Shown here one piece after another: positions 1 to 9,607 of a DNA stretch of 64,000 bases; positions within the stretch are counted from its first letter, which is position 1, and every line of letters begins with the position of its first letter. This stretch comes from an uncultured Gammaproteobacteria bacterium (GTDB lineage: Bacteria; Pseudomonadota; Gammaproteobacteria; JAURND01), in NCBI GenBank assembly GCA_963714975.1, contig CAVQQD010000003.1, forward strand, positions 802,453-866,452, in the 5' to 3' direction. The notes below the pieces were generated by a model. That model had not been told where the DNA came from, did not search any database, and saw nothing but the letters and a program-made list of their open reading frames with translations. A program made the position numbers and the translations under genes.

Positions 1-190
1 GTTTTAGCATTATTCATTGACTTTAGCTGAAATGCAAATATTTCTTAAGAGTGGCTTATCTTAGGCATTGACTTCTCATCCCACTGATCTATTCTGAGTG
101 ACCCATCACACCTCTGCTTTCAATTTCTGTTTCTTTTATAAATCTTTTGCTGCACTTGTTAATTTTTCCTTAAGCTAGTAGACTGTCAAC

Positions 191-477
191 GTGGTTGGGC
201 AGTATCGCAAGTGCGACATCGCAAGTGCGACAGGCCAACCCACTGTTATTTTGAGCGAACCGAAGGGCCTCCTAGTAAGCGTCGTCCTGGCATGGATGTT
301 AGGATTCAGCCACAGGGATGTGACAGTTTCGCTTCCTACCTTGGATTGTTAGTGATCAAAAACCATCCATGGTTTTTGCCCTGCGGGTCGCTTCGCGTGG
401 CTAATTTGTTCCTGACAAATTAGTCCTGCAGGGATTAGGAGGTCGGGGGAGGTCTTTCGCTTCGCTTAGAATGACAA
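191..477. repeat. Nested cluster of palindromic REP-like elements upstream of the NRPS
   Basis: Outer arms tgttattttgagcgaaccgaagggcctcc (244-272) and ggaggtctttcgcttcgcttagaatgaca (~449-477). Inner gtcgtcctggcatggatgttaggattcag (~281-309) matches 58272-58299. A further hairpin-rich unit lies at ~357-425, and tandem atcgcaagtgcgac x2 at ~204-231. Confidence 0.75.
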
Positions 478-537
478 ATTTGTTAGGAATTTATTGAGGA
501 GGGAATTTAAAAACCCACGTGAAGTTATTGCAGTCCT

Positions 538-3500
538 ATGGCCCCTAATATTTTTACTTGTTTTATCATTGGAGAGGATAATCTCCATTTGGAATGTGCC
601 AAAATTATCCAACAACAAGGACAGCAAATAATAGGCATTATCTCTGCGTATGAAGCCGCAGAACTATGGGCTTTGCAACAGGGAATTCCCCACTATGCCT
701 CGCTAGCAGCCGCCCAAGAAGCACTCAACAAGACTCCTTTTGATTATTTATTTAGCATCGTCAATGCGCAGATTTTGCCTGCCGCGATACTCAATTTGCC
801 TCGGCAATTGGCGATTAATTTTCATGATGCGCCTTTACCACGGTATGCTGGAGTTCACGCCACTTCCTGGGCGATCTTAAATCAAGAAAAGACGCATGGC
901 ATTACTTGGCATGTGGCTACTGAAACCGTCGATGCCGGTGATATTTTACAGCAAGTGATGGTGCCAATTACTGAAGATGAAACTGCGTTGAGTTTAAACC
1001 TCAAATGCTATGAAGCCGCGCTGCAAAGCTTTCCTGAGTTAGTGAAATCTTTGGCGAATCACAGTTATCAACGCCAACCCCAAGATCTAAGACAACGTAC
1101 CTATTTTGGTCTCCATCAAAAACCTGCTGGCGATGGCTGGATTGATTGGAATGCCAGTGCCGAAGATATTGAGCGATTATTTCGGGCTACTCAATTTGGC
1201 TCCTATCCTAATCGGTTTACTTGTCCTAAATTTAAGTTGTCATTCCAGCCGGACGAACCGTCATCCCAGCAAGGAAGCTGGGAAGATGAATTTATTATCA
1301 CTCAATTAGAACTATTACCCGAGCCATCGACTGTAGCTCCTGGAACCATTGTTGCTACTACAGAGGAGTATTGGCGCGTTGCGACCGCTACTTGCGACAT
1401 CGCTATTCGGCAGATTTGTACTTTAGAAGGTGATGCAGTCATTCTGGAAGGAGAAGGGGTGCTAGATCAGGCTCACCCCTCATCCGGCCTTCGGCCACCT
1501 TCTCCCACAAGGGGAGAAGGAGTGAAGTTGAGGGCTTATGAGGCTCGAGCGGAAATCTCCCCTTTGTCCTTCGAGACGCTTCGCTCCTCAGGACGAATGG
1601 GGGGCAGGGGGGATTTAAACAGCGGAGGAGGCGATGAAGCCTACTGGGTTTCCCAATGGCAATCCATAGAGCCTGCCAAAATTCCCTTCCTGAATTTTAA
1701 TCACCTCGAAAATAAATCCTCATTCCTTCTCCCCCTGTGGGAGAAGGTGGCCGAAGGCCGGATGAGGGGAGAACCCTCAGAATTCACCCCTCATCCGCCA
1801 GCCTACCCTGAGCCTGTCGAAGGGGCACCTTCTCCCACAAGGGGAGAAGAAGTAATGCCGGGGATGTATGAGAGGAGGTATTATCACCTACAACAATGGA
1901 CCCTCCCCACCTCCTTACAAAAATTATTACACCAACATTACCCTACTCACGATTTCAACACCCTTCTTTTAGCCCTCTGGCTCGTCTATTTTTATCGTCT
2001 CGGTAATCAACCCAACGTAGGAGTGCTGCTGCAATTACCTGATCAAAATGCTTCACATCCTAGTGATCTGGATCCTGGCATCCATGCCAGGACGAGTTTA
2101 GAACTACCGTATTTCACTGTCTTACAAGACGGATTACACTTCGGCCAAGTAGTGTCCCAATTACAAGATGAGTTACAGGCCATGCAACAAAAAGGCAGTT
2201 ATTTACGCGATATATTTTATCGTTATCCAATTTTAACCGAAGTCAAACACGCCGTGTTTACTGCAGTGGTGATTGGAGAAATCAATCAGCTACAAAAATC
2301 TCGTGCTGCTTTGGTGTTGGGGATATCTGCCAAAGATTATAGTTTATCTTGGCACGTCGATCAAAATTGCTTAACACAAGAACCCTACTTAAAAACCATC
2401 CTAGATCAAATGCCCGGCCATTTAGAAACCTTGCTAACCGCCATTACCACGCAACCAGAAACTCCCATTGCCGATTTAGTGCTACTTACACCCCAAGAAC
2501 AGCAGCAAATCTTAATTGATTGGAATCAAACTGAAACAGACTATCCACGCGATAAAACTATTCCGCAATTATTTGAAGAACAGGTTCAAAAACATCCCAA
2601 TAAAATCGCCGTTTGTTTTGAAAATCAATCGCTCACCTATCGTGAGCTTAATCAACAAGCCAATCAACTTGCGCATTACTTAAGTCAACAAGGGGTGGTA
2701 GCTGAAACTTTAGTCGCAATTTGCATGGAACGCAGCATCGAAATGATTATTGGGATTTTGGGGATTTTAAAGGCGGGGGGTGCTTATGTGCCGATTGATC
2801 CTGAGTATCCAAGAGCGAGAATAAAGTTCATTTTCGAGGATTGTCGGGCTATGTTTGTGCTTACTCAATCTCGTCTTGCTAAGAAAATACATGCTATTAC
2901 AGATGGCGCTGTTATTACGGTTGATAAAATTAAAAATATCAAAATTCATAACAAAGAATCTATTAGCTTAAATTTTGACTCTTCTCAATTAGCTTATGTC
3001 ATTTACACCTCAGGTACTACGGGAAAACCCAAAGGGGTTCTTATTAAACATCAGGCGGTGGTGAATACGGTCTTGGCAAAGTTACGAAAATTTGCCATTA
3101 ATCACTCTGATAGAATCTTAAATTTTTCCACCCTTAGTTTTGATGCTTCTGTGTGGGAGATATTTCCCTGTCTATTTGCAGGAGCAACCTTATATCTGGC
3201 CAGGAAAGAAAATTTGTTACCAGGCAGTAAACTTACGCATTTTCTAGAAAAAAATAAAATTACTATCGCTACTTTAGTGCCTTCTATACTAGCGATAACT
3301 CCACCACCTTCTACCTCCCATTTGCGGATAATTATTTCAGCGGGTGAATCATGCTCGAAGGCGGTAGTAAAGCAATGGGAAAACGTCGCTATTTTTGTTA
3401 ATGCCTATGGGCCCACTGAATTTACAATTTGTGCTGCTATGGCAATCGTAGGTAAAGATGCAAATAAAATAACTATTGGTAGACCGATTGCAAATACTAA

Positions 3501-6500
3501 AATTTTTATTTTAGACGATAAAATGCAGCTTTTACCCGTAGGCATCACCGGAGAGTTGTACGTCACAGGACACGGTTTGGCAAAAGGATATTTAAATCGA
3601 GATGCACTGACTAAAAGTAAGTTTATACCTTGGGCTTTGGAGCATGGAACCAAAGAGGTATCTCAAATAGTGTATAAAACGGGTGACTTGGCTCGTTGGT
3701 TGCCTGATGGTAACCTAGAATATATGGGCCGAGTGGATGAACAAATTAAAATTTTAGGCTGTCGGGCAGAGTTAGGTGAACTGGAAGAAATAGCAGTAAC
3801 GTATCCTAATATTTTACAAGCTGCGGCTTGTCTAGATACAACAGCCGAAAAAAACCAAATTAACCTCTTTTTTGTCAATAAAAGTGACCGCAATGCAATT
3901 GATATTGCAAAGTTTAATCGCTTTCTAAAAAAACAGGTCCCTCGCTACACTGTTCCCTCTAAAATAATTGAAGTAGCTCGATTTCCAAGAACCGTTAATG
4001 GGAAAATTGATAAAAATTTATTGCTCAAAAAAATGTTTTTCATTAAGCAACCAGTTATAGAACCTCCGTCGATCAAAGAAACATTACTCCTGGAAATTTT
4101 TCAAAAGATACTGAGAATTGATTCACTCCATTTAGAGGATGACTTCTTTCTCCTGGGGGGTGACTCCATTTTAGCAATGCATTTGGTTTCCAAAATCAAT
4201 GCATTAGGCTTCCATTGTTCCGTGCGAGATGTATTTGAAGCATCCACCATAAAAAAATTGGTCATAAGGTTACATAAAAAAAATCCTATAGAACCGATTG
4301 CGCTATTATCCAAAGATTTTTCCTTAACTCCAATTCAGCGTTGGTTTTTTGCGCAATCTTTCAGGCATCCGAAGCAGTTTGTTCAAATTTGCTGGCTAGA
4401 ATTTCAAAAACCCATTAATTCAGAATTACTCGTTTGCTGCTTGCGGGAAATTATTGAATGGCATGAAATTTTTCGTCTTCGCTTTAAAAAGAAAGAAGGA
4501 ATTTGGCAACAATATTATGCTGATAAGGTTCATGAATCATGCACCGATTTTCCAGTTATCGATAACTCTTCGCTGGTAATTCAGGATTTTGCGAATGAGT
4601 GGGTGATGAATGTGGCCCAGGATTTTAATTTTGAGACAGGCTATCTACTCAAGGTGGCCTTAGTACGCCAGCAAGGGAAAATTACCCATTTACTCTTAGC
4701 AGCACATCATTTGATTATGGATGGTGTATCTTGGCAAATTTTCTTTGATGATTTGCAGAGTTTATATGCAGGATCGGAAAAAGAGGGTAATAATTGGCAA
4801 AAATTTGCCAATAGTACTTCCTATCAACAGTGGGTTTACGCGCTAGAAAACTATATAGTTTCTTCGCAATTTAAAGCAGAGCAAAGCCATTGGCAAGGTG
4901 TTGATCCATTTACGTACATTCCTATTGATCACCACCAAGGGACTAATACGGAAAAATCTGCAGAATATGTCACCGTAACATTAACCGAGGAAGAAACTCA
5001 GCGTTTATTGCGCACACTCGCTAAAACGCATCACTTGAATACCGATGAAATTCTAATTGCCTTGTTGGCAAAGTCCCTCATGCGCTGGTGCCAAACAGAT
5101 TGCATCACGCTGGATATTGAACGCCACGGTCGGGAAGAATTAACAACGGAAATTAATTTAACAGGCACTTTAGGTTGGTTTACTAGTCTATTTCCTCTGC
5201 GGTTAAGCTGTAATAAAAATTTATCGCTACTCGAAATCATCCAATCGGTTCAGCAGCAATTACAAACGGTACCACGTCATGGCATTAGTTATGGGTTACA
5301 GCATTATTTTTCTGGAGAATGGAAGCCAAAATCCAGTCTGCATGAGGGTGAAAATTTTACATCCCTGCACGCTGGATCCCGGCATCCTGCCGGGACGACG
5401 GGCCGCATCGCCTTTAATTACTGGGGTCAATTGGATCAAGCTTTTGCACAAAATTTCTTCACTTTGGGTGAGTTAAAATTGTTATCGCATCCCGAAAATA
5501 TTCGTCCCTATTTGATCACTATTGATGCCGTAATCAAAAATAAGCAACTGCAACTAAGTTGGGCTTATAGTCGCAACTTCCATCGCCATGAAACCATCCA
5601 AGATCTCGCGCAGAATTTTGTGACTGATCTTCGAAATTTATTAACAAACACTCAGTTACAAAAACCAAAAATTAGCTATGCTTTGACCGCGGTTCAACAA
5701 GGGTTACTCTTTGAACAATGTCGCTTTCCGCAAGCGCATTATTATCAAGCACAAGCGTGTTGGGAGCTGAAATTATCTGGTCATTTTGATGCCAAATTAT
5801 TACAAGCCGCATGTCGCTTTTTAGTGCAGCGTCATGATGTGTTGCGAACTCGTTTTGTGGTGTCAGGGTCGCAAGAGCCCACGCAATTCGTTGAAGAATC
5901 TATGGAAGTGCCTTGTGACATAATAGATCTACAGCAAGCGAAAGACCCTGAAGTGCAACTCACAAAGTTTCGTCTTGCCGACCAAGCTGCTTTGATTCAT
6001 TGGCAAGCAACATCCCTTTTACGTGTTCAAATAGTGCTGCTGCCTGAAAATCGCTGTTACTTAATTTTGCATTTTAATCACATGATTTTAGATGGCTGGA
6101 GTTTTTCGATTTTAGTCAAAGAATTTCACCAGTATTGTCAGGCGCAACAACAAGGATTAGCGCTGAATTTGCCCCCTACTTATCCTTTTGCTGATTATGT
6201 CCACTGGTTGCAGCACCAGAGTTGGAGTGCAAGTCAGGCGTTTTGGAAAAATTATTTGGCTAAATTTAATGAACCTGTCAATTTAAAGGTCTTGGGATTA
6301 TTCGATGCGACGGCTGAAAAAACCGAGCTCTCGCGATGCGAGTTTGTGTCAACTCCCTTGTCTTCTGAATTAGGTCAAAAATTACAGCATTTTTGCCAAA
6401 TGCAGCACATCAGCTTAAACACATTCTTTCAAGCGTTATGGGGTATTTTATTGCACCGCTATACCCAGACCCCTGATATTGTGACGGGCATGACCGTGTC

Positions 6501-9500
6501 GGGACGCAATATTGACTTGCCTCAGATCCAAGAGCGGGTAGGATTATTTATTAATAGTATTCCCTTGCGACAACAGTTTGTCCCTGAGATAACAGTGCTG
6601 GCTCACTTGCAACAATTGCAAAAGACTATTACGTGCTTAATTCCGCACAGCACCTTCCCTCTTGCCGCCATTCAAGCCTGCTCTGCACTATCTACTGCAG
6701 AACATCCCTTGTTTGATAGTCTAGTCGTCTTTGAAAATTATCCCCAAGCAACCCAAGAGGAAATCGAATTTTGGGATCCAACTCATTATGGTTTGACTTT
6801 GCTTATTACTCAAGGTTCCTGTTTGAAGCTGAAATTAGGCTATGATTGCCAACGTATTAATATAGAACGAGTCCAAAATTTACTGGAACATTTACAACAT
6901 CTTTTGACCGTAGTCTTAGACAATCCACAGCAACAGATTGCCCGCTTACCTTTATTGACTACAGCAGAATATCAAAAGCTATTTGCTCCAACCCAAACTG
7001 TAGTAGTGCTGGAAAATGTGGTAAGTTGTTTTCAAAAACAAGTAGTTAGTTCTCCTCACCATCCCGCGCTAGTTTGGGAGGGTCAGGTCTTGAGTTATCA
7101 AGACTTAGAAAATCAATCCAATCAATTGGCGCATTATTTAGCGACATTTCCGCATCATGGTGAAATGCCGATTGGAGTATGCTTACCCCGTTGTCCCGAA
7201 TTAGTCATCAGTTTGCTCGCGATCTGGAAGATGGGGGGAGCTTATTTGCCTTTAAATCCTGACTATCCGACGGCTCGATTGCAAAGTATAGTAGATAGCC
7301 ATCAAGTGAATCTTTTAATTTCCAAGAACATGATTCAAAAACTTACCGTGAACCATCCGATATTGTTGGATCAAGTTCAAGCGAGTATCTGTCAACAACC
7401 TACTTATTATCCTCAGCATAGGATTCAACTGACGGATTTGGCGGCCATTTTAACCACTTCAGGCACCACCGGTAATCCTAAAAGCATTGCCCAAGAACAT
7501 AAAACACTGGCGAATCTTGTGCATTGGCAACATCATGCATTTGCTTCCTCAGCAAAAAGACGAGTGACGCAATTAGCAGCAATGAATTTTGATGTTTCAT
7601 TACAAGAAATAACTTATGCGCTTGCTCAGGGCGATACGCTATATATTGTGCCAGAAACTATCAAACAATCCCTGGCGGAATTACTACGCTTTTTAGCGAT
7701 CAATAAAATTCAACAAGCATTTTTAACCACTGCTTTATTGGAAGTTTTTTGTGAAGCGGCCTTATTTTTTAAACCCAACTTAAACTATCTGACTGAGATT
7801 TATGTAGCAGGAGAGGCATTAAAAATCTCTGGCCCGATCAAACAATTTTTTTCGCAAAATCCTCATATAGACTTGGTGAATGAATATGGACCGACGGAAA
7901 CTCATGTAGTAGCGACTCATCGATTATCAGTAGATACCATCGATAATTGGCCTTATTTACCGCCCATTGGACGCGCAATTGACAACATCCGCTTATATGT
8001 CTTAGATGCCCAGTTACAAGCCTTACCGATCGGTATTCCGGGTGAGCTGTATATAGGTGGCGTCAATTTAGCGCGTGGTTATCTCCACAATGACAAGCTC
8101 ACCCAAGAAAAATTTGTCCCCAATCCCTTTGATCCTATTGGTACCTCACGCTTATATCGTACGGGTGATCAGGTTCAGTGGAATGCGGCAGGGGAATTAC
8201 TTTATTTAGGCCGTTACGATGATCAAGTAAAAATTCGCGGTTTTCGTATTGATCCGCAAGAAATTGAAGAAGCCTTACTAACACATAGCACCATTCAACA
8301 ATGTTTGGTGACTGTGATTTCAGAGGAAAAATCAGCGCAATTAGTGTGCTATTTTGTCCCTTCTGATAAAAATGAAGATGCAGAAAGTTTACGCCACCCA
8401 TTGCGAAAAATATTACCTGACCATTTAATTCCGACCTATTTTATCAGGTTACAGTCCTTTCCCTTAACACGCGTTGGCAAAATTGATCGGCAGGCACTAC
8501 CCCGACCTGAGCAAAGGAATGCCATAAGTAATACCACTTTTCGTCACGCTTATGAGCAACAACTCGCCGAGTTGTGGTCCGAAATTCTCCTTTGCACTTG
8601 CATAGATCGAGAGGTATCTTTTTGGGCTTTGGGTGGTGACTCGATTAAAGCTTTGCGCTTATTATTCTTAATTGAACATCATTTGCAAGTGACGTTATCG
8701 CTGCAGGATTTTTTTACAGCACCTTCCATTGCCCAGATGAGTGATCGCATTCGTTTGACACAAGCGGATAAGGTATTGCAAAATCAGTGGCAAACCCTAG
8801 ATTTTAAAGGATGCCACTTACCTTCTCCCTTAGTGCCATTACAAACCACAGGAGAAAAAACACCGCTGTTTATTATCCACCCGATTGGTGGCACAGTTTT
8901 TGCCTTTTTAGATTTGGTCCGTTATCTGGGAAATGAGCGACCTATTTATGGAATTCAAGACCCCAACGTAGCTGACAATAACCATATTTCTTTTTTTAAA
9001 AATTTAGAAGAATTAGCAGCCTATTATGTTTATGCATTGCGCAGTGTCCAGCCTCAGGGTCCTTATTTTTTGTCGGGTTGGTCCTTTGGTGCTACTGTTG
9101 CCTTTGAAATGGCGCGACAAATTCTCGCTAGTCATGAAAAAGTAGAATTTTTAGGCTTACTCGATGGTTGGGCGGCGTATCCCAGCGAATTGCAAAATGA
9201 AAAAACATTCAAACAACTCATTCAAAAACAATGTGATGACTTATACCAACAATTTCATCTCAATCAACTAAAAAATCCTGATTTCTGGGTGGAACTACAA
9301 TGGCAACGCAGTGATCTGCTTTGGCGATATAAGTTAAGACCTGTAAACACAGCTATAACTTTATTTAAAGCGAAAGAAGGGATACCAGGATTTCATGAGT
9401 CGTATGAGAAAGATTATGGCTGGCATCAATTTACCACCAAGCCAGTAGAAGTGTATGAGGTTCCGGGGGATCATGCTTCGATGTTTCAGGAACCTTATGT

Positions 9501-9558
9501 GCAATCTTTAGCTGGTGCAGTATCTGCTGCATTAAATGAGGGACATATGGTTCATTAG
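538..9558 (+). CDS. Two-module NRPS: formyltransferase, degenerate C, A-T-E, C-A-T-TE
   Basis: Formyltransferase motifs INFHDAPLPRYAG and VDAGDIL. A-domain motifs YTSGTTGKPKG, TTSGTTGNPK and YGPTE. Two T domains (GGDSI). E-domain motifs HHLIMDGVSW, ERHGRE, GWFTSLFP and FNYWGQLD. C-domain NHMILDGWS. TE GWSFG. Confidence 0.95.
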   Translation: MAPNIFTCFIIGEDNLHLECAKIIQQQGQQIIGIISAYEAAELWALQQGIPHYASLAAAQEALNKTPFDYLFSIVNAQILPAAILNLPRQLAINFHDAPLPRYAGVHATSWAILNQEKTHGITWHVATETVDAGDILQQVMVPITEDETALSLNLKCYEAALQSFPELVKSLANHSYQRQPQDLRQRTYFGLHQKPAGDGWIDWNASAEDIERLFRATQFGSYPNRFTCPKFKLSFQPDEPSSQQGSWEDEFIITQLELLPEPSTVAPGTIVATTEEYWRVATATCDIAIRQICTLEGDAVILEGEGVLDQAHPSSGLRPPSPTRGEGVKLRAYEARAEISPLSFETLRSSGRMGGRGDLNSGGGDEAYWVSQWQSIEPAKIPFLNFNHLENKSSFLLPLWEKVAEGRMRGEPSEFTPHPPAYPEPVEGAPSPTRGEEVMPGMYERRYYHLQQWTLPTSLQKLLHQHYPTHDFNTLLLALWLVYFYRLGNQPNVGVLLQLPDQNASHPSDLDPGIHARTSLELPYFTVLQDGLHFGQVVSQLQDELQAMQQKGSYLRDIFYRYPILTEVKHAVFTAVVIGEINQLQKSRAALVLGISAKDYSLSWHVDQNCLTQEPYLKTILDQMPGHLETLLTAITTQPETPIADLVLLTPQEQQQILIDWNQTETDYPRDKTIPQLFEEQVQKHPNKIAVCFENQSLTYRELNQQANQLAHYLSQQGVVAETLVAICMERSIEMIIGILGILKAGGAYVPIDPEYPRARIKFIFEDCRAMFVLTQSRLAKKIHAITDGAVITVDKIKNIKIHNKESISLNFDSSQLAYVIYTSGTTGKPKGVLIKHQAVVNTVLAKLRKFAINHSDRILNFSTLSFDASVWEIFPCLFAGATLYLARKENLLPGSKLTHFLEKNKITIATLVPSILAITPPPSTSHLRIIISAGESCSKAVVKQWENVAIFVNAYGPTEFTICAAMAIVGKDANKITIGRPIANTKIFILDDKMQLLPVGITGELYVTGHGLAKGYLNRDALTKSKFIPWALEHGTKEVSQIVYKTGDLARWLPDGNLEYMGRVDEQIKILGCRAELGELEEIAVTYPNILQAAACLDTTAEKNQINLFFVNKSDRNAIDIAKFNRFLKKQVPRYTVPSKIIEVARFPRTVNGKIDKNLLLKKMFFIKQPVIEPPSIKETLLLEIFQKILRIDSLHLEDDFFLLGGDSILAMHLVSKINALGFHCSVRDVFEASTIKKLVIRLHKKNPIEPIALLSKDFSLTPIQRWFFAQSFRHPKQFVQICWLEFQKPINSELLVCCLREIIEWHEIFRLRFKKKEGIWQQYYADKVHESCTDFPVIDNSSLVIQDFANEWVMNVAQDFNFETGYLLKVALVRQQGKITHLLLAAHHLIMDGVSWQIFFDDLQSLYAGSEKEGNNWQKFANSTSYQQWVYALENYIVSSQFKAEQSHWQGVDPFTYIPIDHHQGTNTEKSAEYVTVTLTEEETQRLLRTLAKTHHLNTDEILIALLAKSLMRWCQTDCITLDIERHGREELTTEINLTGTLGWFTSLFPLRLSCNKNLSLLEIIQSVQQQLQTVPRHGISYGLQHYFSGEWKPKSSLHEGENFTSLHAGSRHPAGTTGRIAFNYWGQLDQAFAQNFFTLGELKLLSHPENIRPYLITIDAVIKNKQLQLSWAYSRNFHRHETIQDLAQNFVTDLRNLLTNTQLQKPKISYALTAVQQGLLFEQCRFPQAHYYQAQACWELKLSGHFDAKLLQAACRFLVQRHDVLRTRFVVSGSQEPTQFVEESMEVPCDIIDLQQAKDPEVQLTKFRLADQAALIHWQATSLLRVQIVLLPENRCYLILHFNHMILDGWSFSILVKEFHQYCQAQQQGLALNLPPTYPFADYVHWLQHQSWSASQAFWKNYLAKFNEPVNLKVLGLFDATAEKTELSRCEFVSTPLSSELGQKLQHFCQMQHISLNTFFQALWGILLHRYTQTPDIVTGMTVSGRNIDLPQIQERVGLFINSIPLRQQFVPEITVLAHLQQLQKTITCLIPHSTFPLAAIQACSALSTAEHPLFDSLVVFENYPQATQEEIEFWDPTHYGLTLLITQGSCLKLKLGYDCQRINIERVQNLLEHLQHLLTVVLDNPQQQIARLPLLTTAEYQKLFAPTQTVVVLENVVSCFQKQVVSSPHHPALVWEGQVLSYQDLENQSNQLAHYLATFPHHGEMPIGVCLPRCPELVISLLAIWKMGGAYLPLNPDYPTARLQSIVDSHQVNLLISKNMIQKLTVNHPILLDQVQASICQQPTYYPQHRIQLTDLAAILTTSGTTGNPKSIAQEHKTLANLVHWQHHAFASSAKRRVTQLAAMNFDVSLQEITYALAQGDTLYIVPETIKQSLAELLRFLAINKIQQAFLTTALLEVFCEAALFFKPNLNYLTEIYVAGEALKISGPIKQFFSQNPHIDLVNEYGPTETHVVATHRLSVDTIDNWPYLPPIGRAIDNIRLYVLDAQLQALPIGIPGELYIGGVNLARGYLHNDKLTQEKFVPNPFDPIGTSRLYRTGDQVQWNAAGELLYLGRYDDQVKIRGFRIDPQEIEEALLTHSTIQQCLVTVISEEKSAQLVCYFVPSDKNEDAESLRHPLRKILPDHLIPTYFIRLQSFPLTRVGKIDRQALPRPEQRNAISNTTFRHAYEQQLAELWSEILLCTCIDREVSFWALGGDSIKALRLLFLIEHHLQVTLSLQDFFTAPSIAQMSDRIRLTQADKVLQNQWQTLDFKGCHLPSPLVPLQTTGEKTPLFIIHPIGGTVFAFLDLVRYLGNERPIYGIQDPNVADNNHISFFKNLEELAAYYVYALRSVQPQGPYFLSGWSFGATVAFEMARQILASHEKVEFLGLLDGWAAYPSELQNEKTFKQLIQKQCDDLYQQFHLNQLKNPDFWVELQWQRSDLLWRYKLRPVNTAITLFKAKEGIPGFHESYEKDYGWHQFTTKPVEVYEVPGDHASMFQEPYVQSLAGAVSAALNEGHMVH
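1238..1283. repeat. GTCA-tagged hairpin element inserted in frame in the NRPS
   Basis: tgtcattccagc...cgtcatcccagcaaggaagctggga, with stem tcccagc/gctggga; encodes LSFQPDEPSSQQGSWE. Confidence 0.6.
1476..1616. repeat. Family A element plus family B element (with nested insert), in frame in the NRPS
   Basis: cccctcatccggccttcggccaccttctcccacaaggggagaagg (1476-1520) nearly matches intergenic 63170-63214. It is followed by aaatctcccctttg[tccttcgagacgcttcgctcctcaggacgaa]tggggggcaggggggattt (1553-1616). Confidence 0.85.
1722..1860. repeat. Family A inverted doublet (REPIN-like) in frame in the NRPS
   Basis: Inverted pair ccttctccccctgtgggagaaggtggccgaaggccggatgagggg and cccctcatccgcc...caccttctcccacaaggggagaag; homologous to the reverse complement of 63083-63223. 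Confidence 0.9.
2051..2095. repeat. Family C element in frame in the NRPS
   Basis: Its reverse complement tcgtcctggcatggatgccaggatcca is identical to 58273-58299 and similar to ~282-308. Confidence 0.85.
5322..5401. repeat. Family C element in frame in the NRPS epimerization domain
   Basis: Its reverse complement aligns over ~80 nt with lhr 37135-37213. Confidence 0.85.
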
Positions 9559-9607
9559 GGTCAAAAATTTACTAATACGATGTTTTAACAAAATTTGGAG
9601 ATTACTT

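Noticed and set aside
211-423. 70-aa ORF upstream of the NRPS
   Set aside because: Lies wholly within the nested palindromes and shows no RBS or family signal.
1238-2095. In-frame inserts as inteins or self-splicing introns
   Set aside because: They are too short, lack intein splice-junction residues and group I/II cores, and match dispersed DNA palindromes.
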